A stretch of 64,000 bases of DNA from Sulfurospirillaceae bacterium (GTDB lineage Bacteria > Campylobacterota > Campylobacteria > Campylobacterales > Sulfurospirillaceae), in NCBI GenBank assembly GCA_033723415.1, contig JAWVXD010000004.1, positions 160,001-224,000 of the forward strand, in the 5' to 3' direction. The position numbers were made by a program, and so were the translations under genes. Positions 49,777-59,372 of this stretch are shown in pieces. The first letter of the stretch is position 1; every line of letters starts with the position of its first letter. The notes beneath the pieces were generated by a model. It worked only from the letters and a program-made list of their open reading frames with translations, was not told where the DNA came from and made no database searches.

Positions 49777-50556
49777 TTAGAGCATCTTATCCACTGCCTC
49801 TTTTAAAGTTTTTTCAAAATCTTTTTGACTTAAAACATCTGCATGGGTTGTTCCATGCAGTAACACAGATGAAACAAGATGCGGCACACTTTCTTTGAGC
49901 TTTTCAAAATGCTTATGCGTAACGGTCGTATCACCTTCTACTTCGATAAGAGCTACTGGATTTTGAACCTTAGCCATATATTTTGTAGATTCAAATTTAT
50001 TTTTAAGCAGTAGATCAATCGGGAATATAGGATAATCATCTTTGGCAATTGAGACAATAGAATCATATGGAGTGATCAGTACCAAACCGTCTACTTTTCT
50101 TTGACTGGACAAATAAGTTGCCACTGCCGTACCCAGACTTCTTCCTATGATTATAACTTTTTTATTTTTTCCGTAAGTATCGTAAATCTTCAAAGCATCA
50201 TTGAAAAGATTTTTTTCACTAGGTTTCCCGCTGCTTTTCAAATAACCCCGATAATTAAAAGCCACAATATTAAAATCAGTTAGGTCTTTAGTATATAGCA
50301 AAATTCTCGTAGCATCATCTGCATTGCCGCCAAAATAAATGAGCAATGGAGCATTCTTACTTTCAGAATGCTTATAAACCCCATCCAACACGGCAGAATC
50401 ATGAACTTTTAGCGAAATATGCTCCATGTTCGGTACTTCAAACGCGGCTTCTTGTTTAATAGCACCTGCATTAAATAGTATCGAATTTTGGAAGAAGTAC
50501 AGGTATGCCATAGCACTTAGGTATAAAAAAATAATAACAAACAATATAATTTTCAT
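49777..50556 (-). CDS. Alpha/beta hydrolase (ABHD13-like)
   Basis: N-terminal TM; YFGGNA, NYRGY..S.G.P, GRSLG nucleophile. Confidence 0.9.
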   Translation of the reverse strand: MKIILFVIIFLYLSAMAYLYFFQNSILFNAGAIKQEAAFEVPNMEHISLKVHDSAVLDGVYKHSESKNAPLLIYFGGNADDATRILLYTKDLTDFNIVAFNYRGYLKSSGKPSEKNLFNDALKIYDTYGKNKKVIIIGRSLGTAVATYLSSQRKVDGLVLITPYDSIVSIAKDDYPIFPIDLLLKNKFESTKYMAKVQNPVALIEVEGDTTVTHKHFEKLKESVPHLVSSVLLHGTTHADVLSQKDFEKTLKEAVDKML

Positions 50557-50719
50557 TTTGTAACCCTAAAAATCAAATCATTTTACGCTTTTGTACTATT
50601 TGTAGTTGCATAAGGAGGCGTACAATGTTTACTGAAAGCATTTATATCAAATAATTATAACCAAAAAAGGAATAAGATTTGCTTATTGCTGTTTTAAACA
50701 TGCTGTATAAGGATTACAA

Positions 50720-50824
50720 TTGTTTAACGGTAAAAAAATGGAATTTGGTTTTGAGTACGTTTCAAACACAAACAAAGATTGGCTTGATCAAGAGTCTTTG
50801 ATAAATTTAATAGATTCAATATGA
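50720..50824 (+). pseudogene. pseB: 3' remnant of pseB (UDP-GlcNAc 4,6-dehydratase)
   Basis: NGKKMEFGFEYVSNTNKDWLDQESLINLIDSI* resembles PseB C-termini as recalled; stop overlaps the pseC ATG; in-frame TAA at 50708. Confidence 0.7.
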
Positions 50825-51945
50825 TACCTTATAGCAAACAAAGTATCGACAAAGATGATATTGAAGCCGTTGTCAATGCATTGCAAAGTGATTTTTTAAC
50901 AGGCGGTGACAGAGTAGGAGCATTTGAAAATGCACTGAGTCACTACTTGGGAGTAAAATACGTTTGTGTGTTTAATTCCGCTACTTCTGCTTTACACATA
51001 GCATATCAATGCGTAGGACTACAAAGCGGTGATGAGATCATAACAACACCTTTAACATTTGCCGCAACTTCAAATGCAGCTTTAATGACCGGGGCAACTC
51101 CTGTTTTTTGTGATATAAAATTTGACGGAAATATAGATGAAAACAGGATAGAAAAACTAATAACTAAAAAAACAAAAGCCGTCGTTCCAGTTGATTTTGG
51201 CGGTAATCCTGCAAATTTGACGTCTATCAGAGAGATATGCAAAAAATATAACCTTCACATGATAGAAGATGCAGCTCATGCTCTGGGAAGTGAATTAAAT
51301 GCTAAAAAAGTTGGCTCAATATCCGATATCACGATTTTTAGTTTTCATGCAATAAAGCCGATAACAACATGCGGGGAAGGCGGAGCCATAGCGACAAATG
51401 ACAAAGAGGTCTATGAAAAAGCAAAACTTTTAAGAAGCCATGGGATAACAAAGAAAAAATTGTGGAATTCTGATATGACCGAATTGGGCTACAATTATCG
51501 GCTCAATGATGTTTCCTGTGCTCTTGGACTGTCCCAGTTGAAAAGATTAGATAGTTTTATAGACAAACGCAACAAGATAGCTTCATATTATAATGAACGC
51601 TTTAAAGACAACCCTTACTTTTTTACGATTAAAATCCCTTCGTTTGTAAAAAGTTCCTATCATCTATACCCAATACTCTTAGATCGATCCTTTTGGTGCC
51701 AGAAGGAGGAGATTTTTGAAAGTCTTCACAAAAAAGGAATCGGCGTTCAAGTACACTACAAACCGACATATCAATTTTCATACTATAAAAAAAGATTTAA
51801 AGAGATCAGGCTTCAAAATACGGAAGATTTTTATAAAGCTGAACTTTCTCTTCCTCTGCATCAAGAGATGAAAGAAGATGATGTAAAATACGTGGCTGAT
51901 ACATTATTTGAAATTTTGGATAAGTATAAAGGATGCAAGATATGA
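50821..51945 (+). CDS. pseC: UDP-4-amino-4,6-dideoxy-N-acetyl-beta-L-altrosamine transaminase
   Basis: IPYSKQSI, NSATSALH, EDAAHALG, FSFHAIKPIT..EGG, GYNYR, QVHY.P. Confidence 0.9.
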   Translation: MIPYSKQSIDKDDIEAVVNALQSDFLTGGDRVGAFENALSHYLGVKYVCVFNSATSALHIAYQCVGLQSGDEIITTPLTFAATSNAALMTGATPVFCDIKFDGNIDENRIEKLITKKTKAVVPVDFGGNPANLTSIREICKKYNLHMIEDAAHALGSELNAKKVGSISDITIFSFHAIKPITTCGEGGAIATNDKEVYEKAKLLRSHGITKKKLWNSDMTELGYNYRLNDVSCALGLSQLKRLDSFIDKRNKIASYYNERFKDNPYFFTIKIPSFVKSSYHLYPILLDRSFWCQKEEIFESLHKKGIGVQVHYKPTYQFSYYKKRFKEIRLQNTEDFYKAELSLPLHQEMKEDDVKYVADTLFEILDKYKGCKI

Positions 51946-52634
51946 ATATAGCCATAATCCCGGCACGTGGAGGAAGCAAAAGGATACCCAGAAAAAATAT
52001 CAAAGATTTTTGCGGCAAACCACTCATAGCATATAGTATACAAGCAGCATTAGATTCAAAGCTTTTTGACAAGGTGATCGTTTCAACTGACGACGAAGAG
52101 ATCGCGGATATTGCTGAAAGCTATGGCGCTGAAATCCCATTTGTGAGACCAAAAGAGTTGAGTGATGATTTTACCGGGACAGGAGAAGTTATAGAACACG
52201 CACTAGAATTTTTTGAACAACAGAACATCTTTTACGATTTTCTCTGTGCTATTTATGCAACTGCCCCGTTAATTCAAACACAATATTTGATCAAAGGTTT
52301 TGAAAAACTCAAAAATAGCGATGCCATAAATGCATTCTCATGTACATCCATGCCTTTTCCTATACAGAGGACATTTAAGATCACTAAAGAAGAGAGATGC
52401 GAGATGTTTTGGCCTGAGAATTTTTACAAGCGCAGTCAAGATCTAGAAACGGCATATCAAGATGCGGGACAGTTTTATTGGACCAATCTAAAACGAAAGA
52501 CAGATGAAATCATGTTTGGCAAAGACAGCCTTCCCATAATCCTTCCTAGACATCTGGTGCAAGATATTGATACTCCTGAAGATTGGGAAAGAGCTCAATA
52601 TATGTATAAATCACTCAAAAGCCAAGCCTCATAA
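51942..52634 (+). CDS. pseF: Pseudaminic acid cytidylyltransferase
   Basis: IIPARGGSKRIPRKNIK, YATAP, RSQDL...YQDAGQFYW, QDIDTPEDW. Confidence 0.9.
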   Translation: MNIAIIPARGGSKRIPRKNIKDFCGKPLIAYSIQAALDSKLFDKVIVSTDDEEIADIAESYGAEIPFVRPKELSDDFTGTGEVIEHALEFFEQQNIFYDFLCAIYATAPLIQTQYLIKGFEKLKNSDAINAFSCTSMPFPIQRTFKITKEERCEMFWPENFYKRSQDLETAYQDAGQFYWTNLKRKTDEIMFGKDSLPIILPRHLVQDIDTPEDWERAQYMYKSLKSQAS

Positions 52635-52688
52635 AAGAGGTTCAAATTACACTATAATCAGAATATGCCGATAATATGAAATAAATTT

Positions 52689-53570
52689 ATGGATTACCTT
52701 ATGATACAAAATATAGACAATTTGCCATTTTTTATTGCGGAAGTCTCAAGCAATCATAGTCAGAATTTACAAAGAGCTAAAGAATTTATCAAAACCTCAT
52801 CCAAGATCGGGTGCCATGGAGTAAAGTTTCAACTCTTTAAAATAGATGAACTCTTCGCGCCTGAAATTTTGGCGAAAAGTGAACTACACAGAAAAAGAAA
52901 AGAGTGGGAACTTCCATTGAATTTTTTGCCTGAGCTCTCACAATATACTCATGAACTAGGTATGCTTTTTTCCTGTACGCCTTTTTATCTCGATGCCGTA
53001 CAAGAGCTTGAGCCTTTTGTTGATTTTTACAAGATAGCATCTTATGAGCTTTTATGGGATGATCTTATCATAGCTTGTGCTAAAACCGGCAAAGACTTAG
53101 TGCTCTCTACCGGTATGGCAACACTCGATGAAATTGCTCATGCTGTAGAAACTTTTAGACAAAACTCTGATGCTAAGCTCACTCTTTTGCACACGATCTC
53201 AGGCTATCCGACACCTGTAATTGAAGCAAACGTCAAAGCTATCGAAACACTCAGAAAAAACTTTCAATGTGACGTTGGATTGTCTGATCATTCGGTCTCT
53301 CCTGCTGTGATCGCTAGAGCCATACACAAATATGATGCCTCAATGATAGAGTTTCATTTAGATTTAGAGGGTGAAGGTGAAGAGTATGCTAGCGGACATT
53401 GCTGGCTTCCAAACCAAATGCAAGATACAATAGAACTCATCAAAAATGGTTTTCTTGCAGACGGAGACGGGATCAAAGAGCCGGCATTAAGCGAGATATC
53501 TGACCGTGATTGGAGAACAGACCCGAGTGATGGGCTTAGACCATTTAAACGAGTGAGAGAAACATTTTGA
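52689..53570 (+). CDS. Nonulosonic acid synthase (NeuB/PseI family), short form
   Basis: IAEVSSNH, KFQ, TPF, KIASYE, STGMA, YP, GLSDHS, IEFH; 293 aa with no room for the C-terminal SAF domain. Confidence 0.85.
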   Translation: MDYLMIQNIDNLPFFIAEVSSNHSQNLQRAKEFIKTSSKIGCHGVKFQLFKIDELFAPEILAKSELHRKRKEWELPLNFLPELSQYTHELGMLFSCTPFYLDAVQELEPFVDFYKIASYELLWDDLIIACAKTGKDLVLSTGMATLDEIAHAVETFRQNSDAKLTLLHTISGYPTPVIEANVKAIETLRKNFQCDVGLSDHSVSPAVIARAIHKYDASMIEFHLDLEGEGEEYASGHCWLPNQMQDTIELIKNGFLADGDGIKEPALSEISDRDWRTDPSDGLRPFKRVRETF

Positions 53571-54508
53571 AACAGCATAATGTTCTCATTCGCTGTGATG
53601 CTTCATCGGCAATAGGTTTGGGACATATCACTCGTTGTTTGGCTATCGCAAATGATTTTAGACACAATGGCCATCAAGTTTATTTTGCGACAAAAAACTT
53701 TGATTTAGGAATCAAGAAAATACAAGATAACAATTTTGAAATATTTTTTGCAGATGATGCAAGTTGTGATTATCATAATTGGATCATAAATACCGCAAAA
53801 GACAAAGATATCACAATCTTTATAGGTGATGTTAGAGATGAATTGCCTATAAAGACTATCCAGGAACTCAAAACACTGAATGTTTTAACTGTTGCTATTG
53901 ATCAGTGTGGTCAATATGCAAAAGAGTGTGATTTATGCTTTTATCCTCCTCATGCAAAAATAAATAGTAAAGAATATAAAGGCAAAGTATATCAAGGCTT
54001 CGAATATGTTTTACTTAGAAATGAGTTTTATGAGCCATTTAAAAAAATTCAAAATGAAATACCGAATGTTCTAGTTATGATGGGAGGGACAGATCCTTAT
54101 AGCCTTACTTTACCGGTCATAGAACAACTTTTATCTCTTCCTTTAAACATCAATATATCAGTAATACTATCAAAAGGACACGTTGATTATCACAAAATAA
54201 GTATTCTTGATAAAAAGATCCGTACTTATTCCGATATAAAAGATATGTCAGCTTTTTTAGGCAAAATCGACTTTGCGATTGTCTCATTTGGTATAAGCGC
54301 TTATGAAGTCTTGACTAAGAGTATACCGGCTATACACATCTGCCTAAATGATGATCATTTTCAAGCAAGTGAAATATTTGAAAAAAATAAATTTGCAAAA
54401 AGGTTTATGCGACATGATGTGCAAGATATAAAAGCCCTTCAGTTGAATCGTGCCTTTATATCTCCGATAAAAAAGAATAAAATATATGAGGAAATTATAT
54501 GCGGTTAA
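53567..54508 (+). CDS. pseG: PseG/SpsG-like UDP-sugar hydrolase
   Basis: RCDAS..IGLGHITRC, LR.EF, MGGTDP, G.SAYE. Confidence 0.75.
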   Translation: MKQHNVLIRCDASSAIGLGHITRCLAIANDFRHNGHQVYFATKNFDLGIKKIQDNNFEIFFADDASCDYHNWIINTAKDKDITIFIGDVRDELPIKTIQELKTLNVLTVAIDQCGQYAKECDLCFYPPHAKINSKEYKGKVYQGFEYVLLRNEFYEPFKKIQNEIPNVLVMMGGTDPYSLTLPVIEQLLSLPLNINISVILSKGHVDYHKISILDKKIRTYSDIKDMSAFLGKIDFAIVSFGISAYEVLTKSIPAIHICLNDDHFQASEIFEKNKFAKRFMRHDVQDIKALQLNRAFISPIKKNKIYEEIICG

Positions 54509-55704
54509 TTTGGAATACAATAGCAGATAAGTACCATTGCCATAACGAAGAGTATCTCATATATAGAGCTTGTCCCATTTGCAAAGCAGACAACAGCAAA
54601 ACAATATTAACTATAGACAATTTTCAATTTTTTTCTGATGATGTAACATCAAAACAAGTTAATATTCATCAAAAACAATGTAAAAAATGTGGCACGATAT
54701 ATATGAATCCTTGTTATTCAAACAAAGGTTTTGAAATTCTTTTTGCTGAAGCAGGACAATCTTATGGATCTACCAGTGCAAGACCTACAGAACAAGTAGA
54801 TTGGCTCAATCAACATAATTTATTGCAAGACAACAGTAGATTACTGGATATTGGATGCGGCACAGGTAATTTTCTAGCCAGTCTTCCAAAATCTATTAGA
54901 AAAGTCGGAGTTGATATAGATGCGCCCTCTATACAAATAGGAAAAGAGAATCATCAAGAAATTGAATTTATATGTTCTAGTTTTGAAGACTTAGAGTATA
55001 AAGAGGAAATAGATACTATCACTATGTTTCATGTTTTAGAACATCTACCCAAACCCTTAGAAACTCTTCAGAGGTTATACAAACTTTCAAATACAAACAC
55101 TCAACTTGTTATAGAAGTACCCATCATTGAAAATGGATTGACAAACGATATAAATGGTTTTTTTAGTGCTCAACATCTAACTCACTTCAGCAGGATGAGT
55201 TTTAAAAATGTTTTGGCTCTCAGCGGATGGGGAGTTATTGATTGGTTGGAACAAAAAGACTATAATGGATGTAGGGTATTAGCGAAAAAACAATCAAAAA
55301 CACAAGATATTGAAATAGGTAGCGAAGAATTCTTGAATACGTACAACTATTTAAGTTATTGGTATCATTCAGTCGCTAATATCGAAAAGAAAATTTTGGA
55401 TATAACTTCAAAAAGATGTATTATTTGGGGTGGTGGTATGCATTTGGAATTTTTATATCAAATGACATCGCTCTTTAACAAAGGAATTGAGTTTATTGTT
55501 GTAGATAGCGACAAAAATAAACAGCATAAATCTTGGAGAGGGATAAATATCTATCCTCCGAGTATTCTTGAGGATTTTACAGAAAATATACCATTGATAA
55601 TTTCAAGTTACGGCGGACAAAATTCTATATCCGTTGCAGCTACCTCTTTAGGCATAAAAGCAAACAACATTATCAAACTCTATGATAATTTAAGAGTGTA
55701 TTAA
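54499..55704 (+). CDS. Class I SAM methyltransferase with N-terminal Zn finger and C-terminal Rossmann-like domain
   Basis: CPIC...CKKCG; LDIGCGTG; FHVLEH; IEVP; WGGG..VDSD. Confidence 0.85.
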   Translation: MRLIWNTIADKYHCHNEEYLIYRACPICKADNSKTILTIDNFQFFSDDVTSKQVNIHQKQCKKCGTIYMNPCYSNKGFEILFAEAGQSYGSTSARPTEQVDWLNQHNLLQDNSRLLDIGCGTGNFLASLPKSIRKVGVDIDAPSIQIGKENHQEIEFICSSFEDLEYKEEIDTITMFHVLEHLPKPLETLQRLYKLSNTNTQLVIEVPIIENGLTNDINGFFSAQHLTHFSRMSFKNVLALSGWGVIDWLEQKDYNGCRVLAKKQSKTQDIEIGSEEFLNTYNYLSYWYHSVANIEKKILDITSKRCIIWGGGMHLEFLYQMTSLFNKGIEFIVVDSDKNKQHKSWRGINIYPPSILEDFTENIPLIISSYGGQNSISVAATSLGIKANNIIKLYDNLRVY

Positions 55705-55764
55705 CAAAGGAATAAACTATGAATCAATTTATAAAATCAGCTATAAAGACAAGGATCAAATAAG

Positions 55765-57459
55765 ATGTTATATACTACCGCTATTATCGCAAATATGATT
55801 AAGCAATTCACTGATAATCTTTATACGTATCCTGGCGGGACTATTGCGCCATTGTATTGTGAAGCAAAAAAACTTGGCTTAAATATTGTTGTTGCTAGGC
55901 AAGAACAAGGAGCTGGATACATGGCATTGGCAGAAGCTGCTTTACATAATCGTCCATCATTTGTTGCTGTCACCAGCGGTCCGGGTGCGACTAATATCAT
56001 AACTCCTATAGCAGATGCTTTTTACGATAGTGTTCCTCTTGTTGTTATTTGCGGTCAAGTCTCGACTAATGATTTAAATCGTAGCCAGACAATAAGACAA
56101 AGAGGATTTCAAGAAGTACCTATTACAAAACTGGTTGAACATATTACAAAAAAAACTTTTCAGCCTAAAACTTTCAAAGATTTGGTTTCTATGCTACAAG
56201 TTGCTGTAGAAATTGCCAACACTGGAAGGAAAGGTCCTGTTGTCATAGATCTTCCGATGGATGTTCAACTTCAACAAATTCAAGATGACGATCTGGATAA
56301 ATTCAACCCTAGAGTATCTTTTCCACAATCTGACAAAAGTATTTCTTCAGGCATAGATTTTAACTTCATTGCACGAACTATCAATAATTCACAAAAACCG
56401 CTTATTTTAGTAGGTGGAGGTGCACAAGAGGATTGGGCACAAATCAGAAGATTGCTTGAAAAGACTCATATCCCGGCAATCTCAAGTTTAAGAGGAATAG
56501 GTATATTAAATAATTCTCTTGACTATGGATGGATCGGGCACACGGGAACACCATATGCCAATACTCTTTTATATGAAGCCGATACCGTTATTGTACTTGG
56601 AAGTAGGCTTGACGTAAGACAAACAGGTACGAAAACAGATATCTTTAAAACTAAAAATATTATTCATGTTGATATTGATGAAGAAGAATTAAAATACTGC
56701 CGAATTGATAACAATATTAAAATAAATATACCGATTAAAACCTTTTTAGACACAATACAAGACCTTATACATCTACAAAACATAGACAAATGGATACAGT
56801 ATGCCCAAGAACTAAAACTAAGACTAAAACTTGACGATATTGCAAAAGAAAAATCAAATAAACCGACTCCAAAGCAAATCTTGTCATTTATAAATGAAAT
56901 GCTTCAAGATAAAAAATACTATATTGCCACAGGAGTAGGTCTTCATCAACATTGGGTTGCTAGATATGTAGATTTTGACAACGCCAAATCTAGATTTTTT
57001 ACATCAGCAGGACATGGAACTATGGGATATGGTTTACCAAGTGCTCTTGGTCTGAGTTATATTGAAAAAGACAATACTTTAACAATCTGCATTGACGGGG
57101 ATGGATCGTTTCAGATGAATTTACAAGAATTAGCCTTAGTCAAAACAATGAATTTAAAAATAAAAATTTTAATTATAGACAATAACCGTCTTGGACTCGT
57201 ATCGCAATTTCAAAATATCACGTTTGATGATGATCCTACAACAGGACATATAATCAATCCTGATTTTGTAAAAATAGCCCAATCATACGGTATTAAAGCA
57301 TATAGCATCAATACTTTTGATAAAGGTATTATTGAAGATTGGATTACAAGTGAAGAAGCAAGCTTATTACACGTAAAAATAGAACACGATACACCACTTT
57401 CACCTATGTTGCTTGGTGGTCAAGAATTGAATCAGATGTGGTATGAAAATGAACAATAA
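55765..57459 (+). CDS. ThDP-dependent acetolactate-synthase-like enzyme
   Basis: YPGG, RQEQGAGYMA, TSGPGATN, GTMGYGLP, GDGSFQMNLQEL...NN. Confidence 0.9.
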   Translation: MLYTTAIIANMIKQFTDNLYTYPGGTIAPLYCEAKKLGLNIVVARQEQGAGYMALAEAALHNRPSFVAVTSGPGATNIITPIADAFYDSVPLVVICGQVSTNDLNRSQTIRQRGFQEVPITKLVEHITKKTFQPKTFKDLVSMLQVAVEIANTGRKGPVVIDLPMDVQLQQIQDDDLDKFNPRVSFPQSDKSISSGIDFNFIARTINNSQKPLILVGGGAQEDWAQIRRLLEKTHIPAISSLRGIGILNNSLDYGWIGHTGTPYANTLLYEADTVIVLGSRLDVRQTGTKTDIFKTKNIIHVDIDEEELKYCRIDNNIKINIPIKTFLDTIQDLIHLQNIDKWIQYAQELKLRLKLDDIAKEKSNKPTPKQILSFINEMLQDKKYYIATGVGLHQHWVARYVDFDNAKSRFFTSAGHGTMGYGLPSALGLSYIEKDNTLTICIDGDGSFQMNLQELALVKTMNLKIKILIIDNNRLGLVSQFQNITFDDDPTTGHIINPDFVKIAQSYGIKAYSINTFDKGIIEDWITSEEASLLHVKIEHDTPLSPMLLGGQELNQMWYENEQ

Positions 57460-58159
57460 ACTCGTATTTGTAACAGGTGCATCAAAAGGCATTGGGGAAA
57501 GCATAGCAAATCATTTTTCTGCTAAAGGTTATCATGTTGCATACGGGTACAATAAAACACATCCTAAAAATAAAAATTTTTATGTTCATGTAGATATATC
57601 AGATAGGGACTCTATTCAAAATGCTGTTGCACTAACTGAAAAAAAATTTGGAAAATCTATAGATATTCTAGTAAATAATGCAGCCATCTCTCAAGAAAAA
57701 CCTTTTATGACGATTACTGATGATGACTGGAGTAAAATGCTAGATATTAATCTTCAAGGTGCTTTCAGATTTACCCAGGAAGTACTCACGAATATGATCA
57801 AAAACAACTGGGGAAGAATCATCAATATCACCTCTATCGGCGGTCAATGGGGAGGATTTAACCAGGTTCACTATGCAGCATCAAAAGCAGCACTCATAAA
57901 TTTCACTCAATCCATAGCAAAAATATACTCAAACAAAGGAATTACATCTAATGCTATTGCTATAGGTCTTGTAGCAACGGATATGTCTGCAAATGAACTC
58001 CACACTGAAGGCGGAAAAGAAAAAGTGAAAAACATACCGATAGGAAGGGTCGGCACCAAAGATGAAATAGCAACTATATCTCTTTTTTTGGCATCATGCG
58101 AATCTTCTTACATAACAGGGCAAACGATCAATGCAAACGGAGGAATGTACTTTGGATAA
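57443..58159 (+). CDS. Short-chain dehydrogenase/reductase (FabG-like)
   Basis: TGASKGIG, NNA, YAASK, ITGQTINANGG. Confidence 0.9.
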   Translation: MKMNNKLVFVTGASKGIGESIANHFSAKGYHVAYGYNKTHPKNKNFYVHVDISDRDSIQNAVALTEKKFGKSIDILVNNAAISQEKPFMTITDDDWSKMLDINLQGAFRFTQEVLTNMIKNNWGRIINITSIGGQWGGFNQVHYAASKAALINFTQSIAKIYSNKGITSNAIAIGLVATDMSANELHTEGGKEKVKNIPIGRVGTKDEIATISLFLASCESSYITGQTINANGGMYFG

Positions 58160-59372
58160 GACATTACTTGTTTTAGGTGCAGGTCCTGATCAAATTCCGG
58201 GGATTGTTAAAGCTAAAGAAATGGGAATTTATACCATAGTCCTAGATGGAAATCCTGATGCAGCAGGGAAAGAGTTTGCAGACGAGTTTCACATCGTTAG
58301 CATTAAGCACATGCAACAAATTGAAGACTTTATCAAAACACGCCTAAAAAGAAGAGTAGATGGAGTTATCGCCTTTGGCGTCGATATACCCTCAATCATT
58401 GCTCAAACTGCAGATATGCTCAATGTTAATTTCACGATACCTCTTGCAAGCGCACAGCTCAGCGAAGACAAATTTAGCTCAAAAGAGTTTATGAAAAAAC
58501 ACAAGATTGCTATTCCTAAATACCATCTTGTCAATAATGTTGAAGATATCCGCACCTTTATCGAAAATAATGATTTACCGGTTGTTATAAAACCGGTTGA
58601 CAACTCTGCTTCAAGAGGTATCAGCTATACAAACGATATAGAAAATATTGAGTCTTTTTACAACTATGCACTTGAGTTCAGTAATCAAAAAAAGGTACAG
58701 GTGGAAAAATATTTGCCGGGTCCACAAATAAGCACCGAATCTTTTGTAATCAATGGGGAAATACACAACATTGGATTTGCAGACAGAAACTATACTCAAA
58801 TGCAAAGATTCTTGCCAAATATTATAGAAGACGGCGGTGATCTGCCTTCGCTTCATATGCAAGAAAAGCATAAAAATCAACTCAAGCACTACCTTGAGAT
58901 AATAGCAAAAGAATTAAACATCCACAATGGCGTCATCAAAGGCGACATTGTTCTGTATAACGATGATTTATATATTATCGAGTTTGCACTCAGACTCTCG
59001 GGAGGAAATTTTTCTACCGTAGAGATACCTTATAGCACTGGTGTCGATTTTTTGAAGATAGCTATTAAACTGCACCTAAATCTAGAAGTATTTGAAGACG
59101 AACTCAAACAAACTAAAAATGCTTTTATCTCTTTACGATACAAGTTTCTTGAAGAAGAGAGTGGTGGGCTTATCACAGAAATCGAGTTACCAAGAGGCGA
59201 TCAAAACATCATTTTGTCAAATTTTCATGCACGTGTAGGAGAGAGAGTTGGAGAAAAAACGACAGATCACGCAAAACGGCTTGGATTTGTAATCGCAAAA
59301 GGAAATGATAGAGACGATGCTATCAGCAATGCACAAAAATTTTTAGATAAAGTGAAGATATCTTTTGAGTAA
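58152..59372 (+). CDS. ATP-grasp ligase
   Basis: LGAG..Q, DK...K, P.VIKPVD.SASRG, EKYLPG, IEFALRLSGG; probable start TTG 58152. Confidence 0.85.
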   Translation: MDKTLLVLGAGPDQIPGIVKAKEMGIYTIVLDGNPDAAGKEFADEFHIVSIKHMQQIEDFIKTRLKRRVDGVIAFGVDIPSIIAQTADMLNVNFTIPLASAQLSEDKFSSKEFMKKHKIAIPKYHLVNNVEDIRTFIENNDLPVVIKPVDNSASRGISYTNDIENIESFYNYALEFSNQKKVQVEKYLPGPQISTESFVINGEIHNIGFADRNYTQMQRFLPNIIEDGGDLPSLHMQEKHKNQLKHYLEIIAKELNIHNGVIKGDIVLYNDDLYIIEFALRLSGGNFSTVEIPYSTGVDFLKIAIKLHLNLEVFEDELKQTKNAFISLRYKFLEEESGGLITEIELPRGDQNIILSNFHARVGERVGEKTTDHAKRLGFVIAKGNDRDDAISNAQKFLDKVKISFE

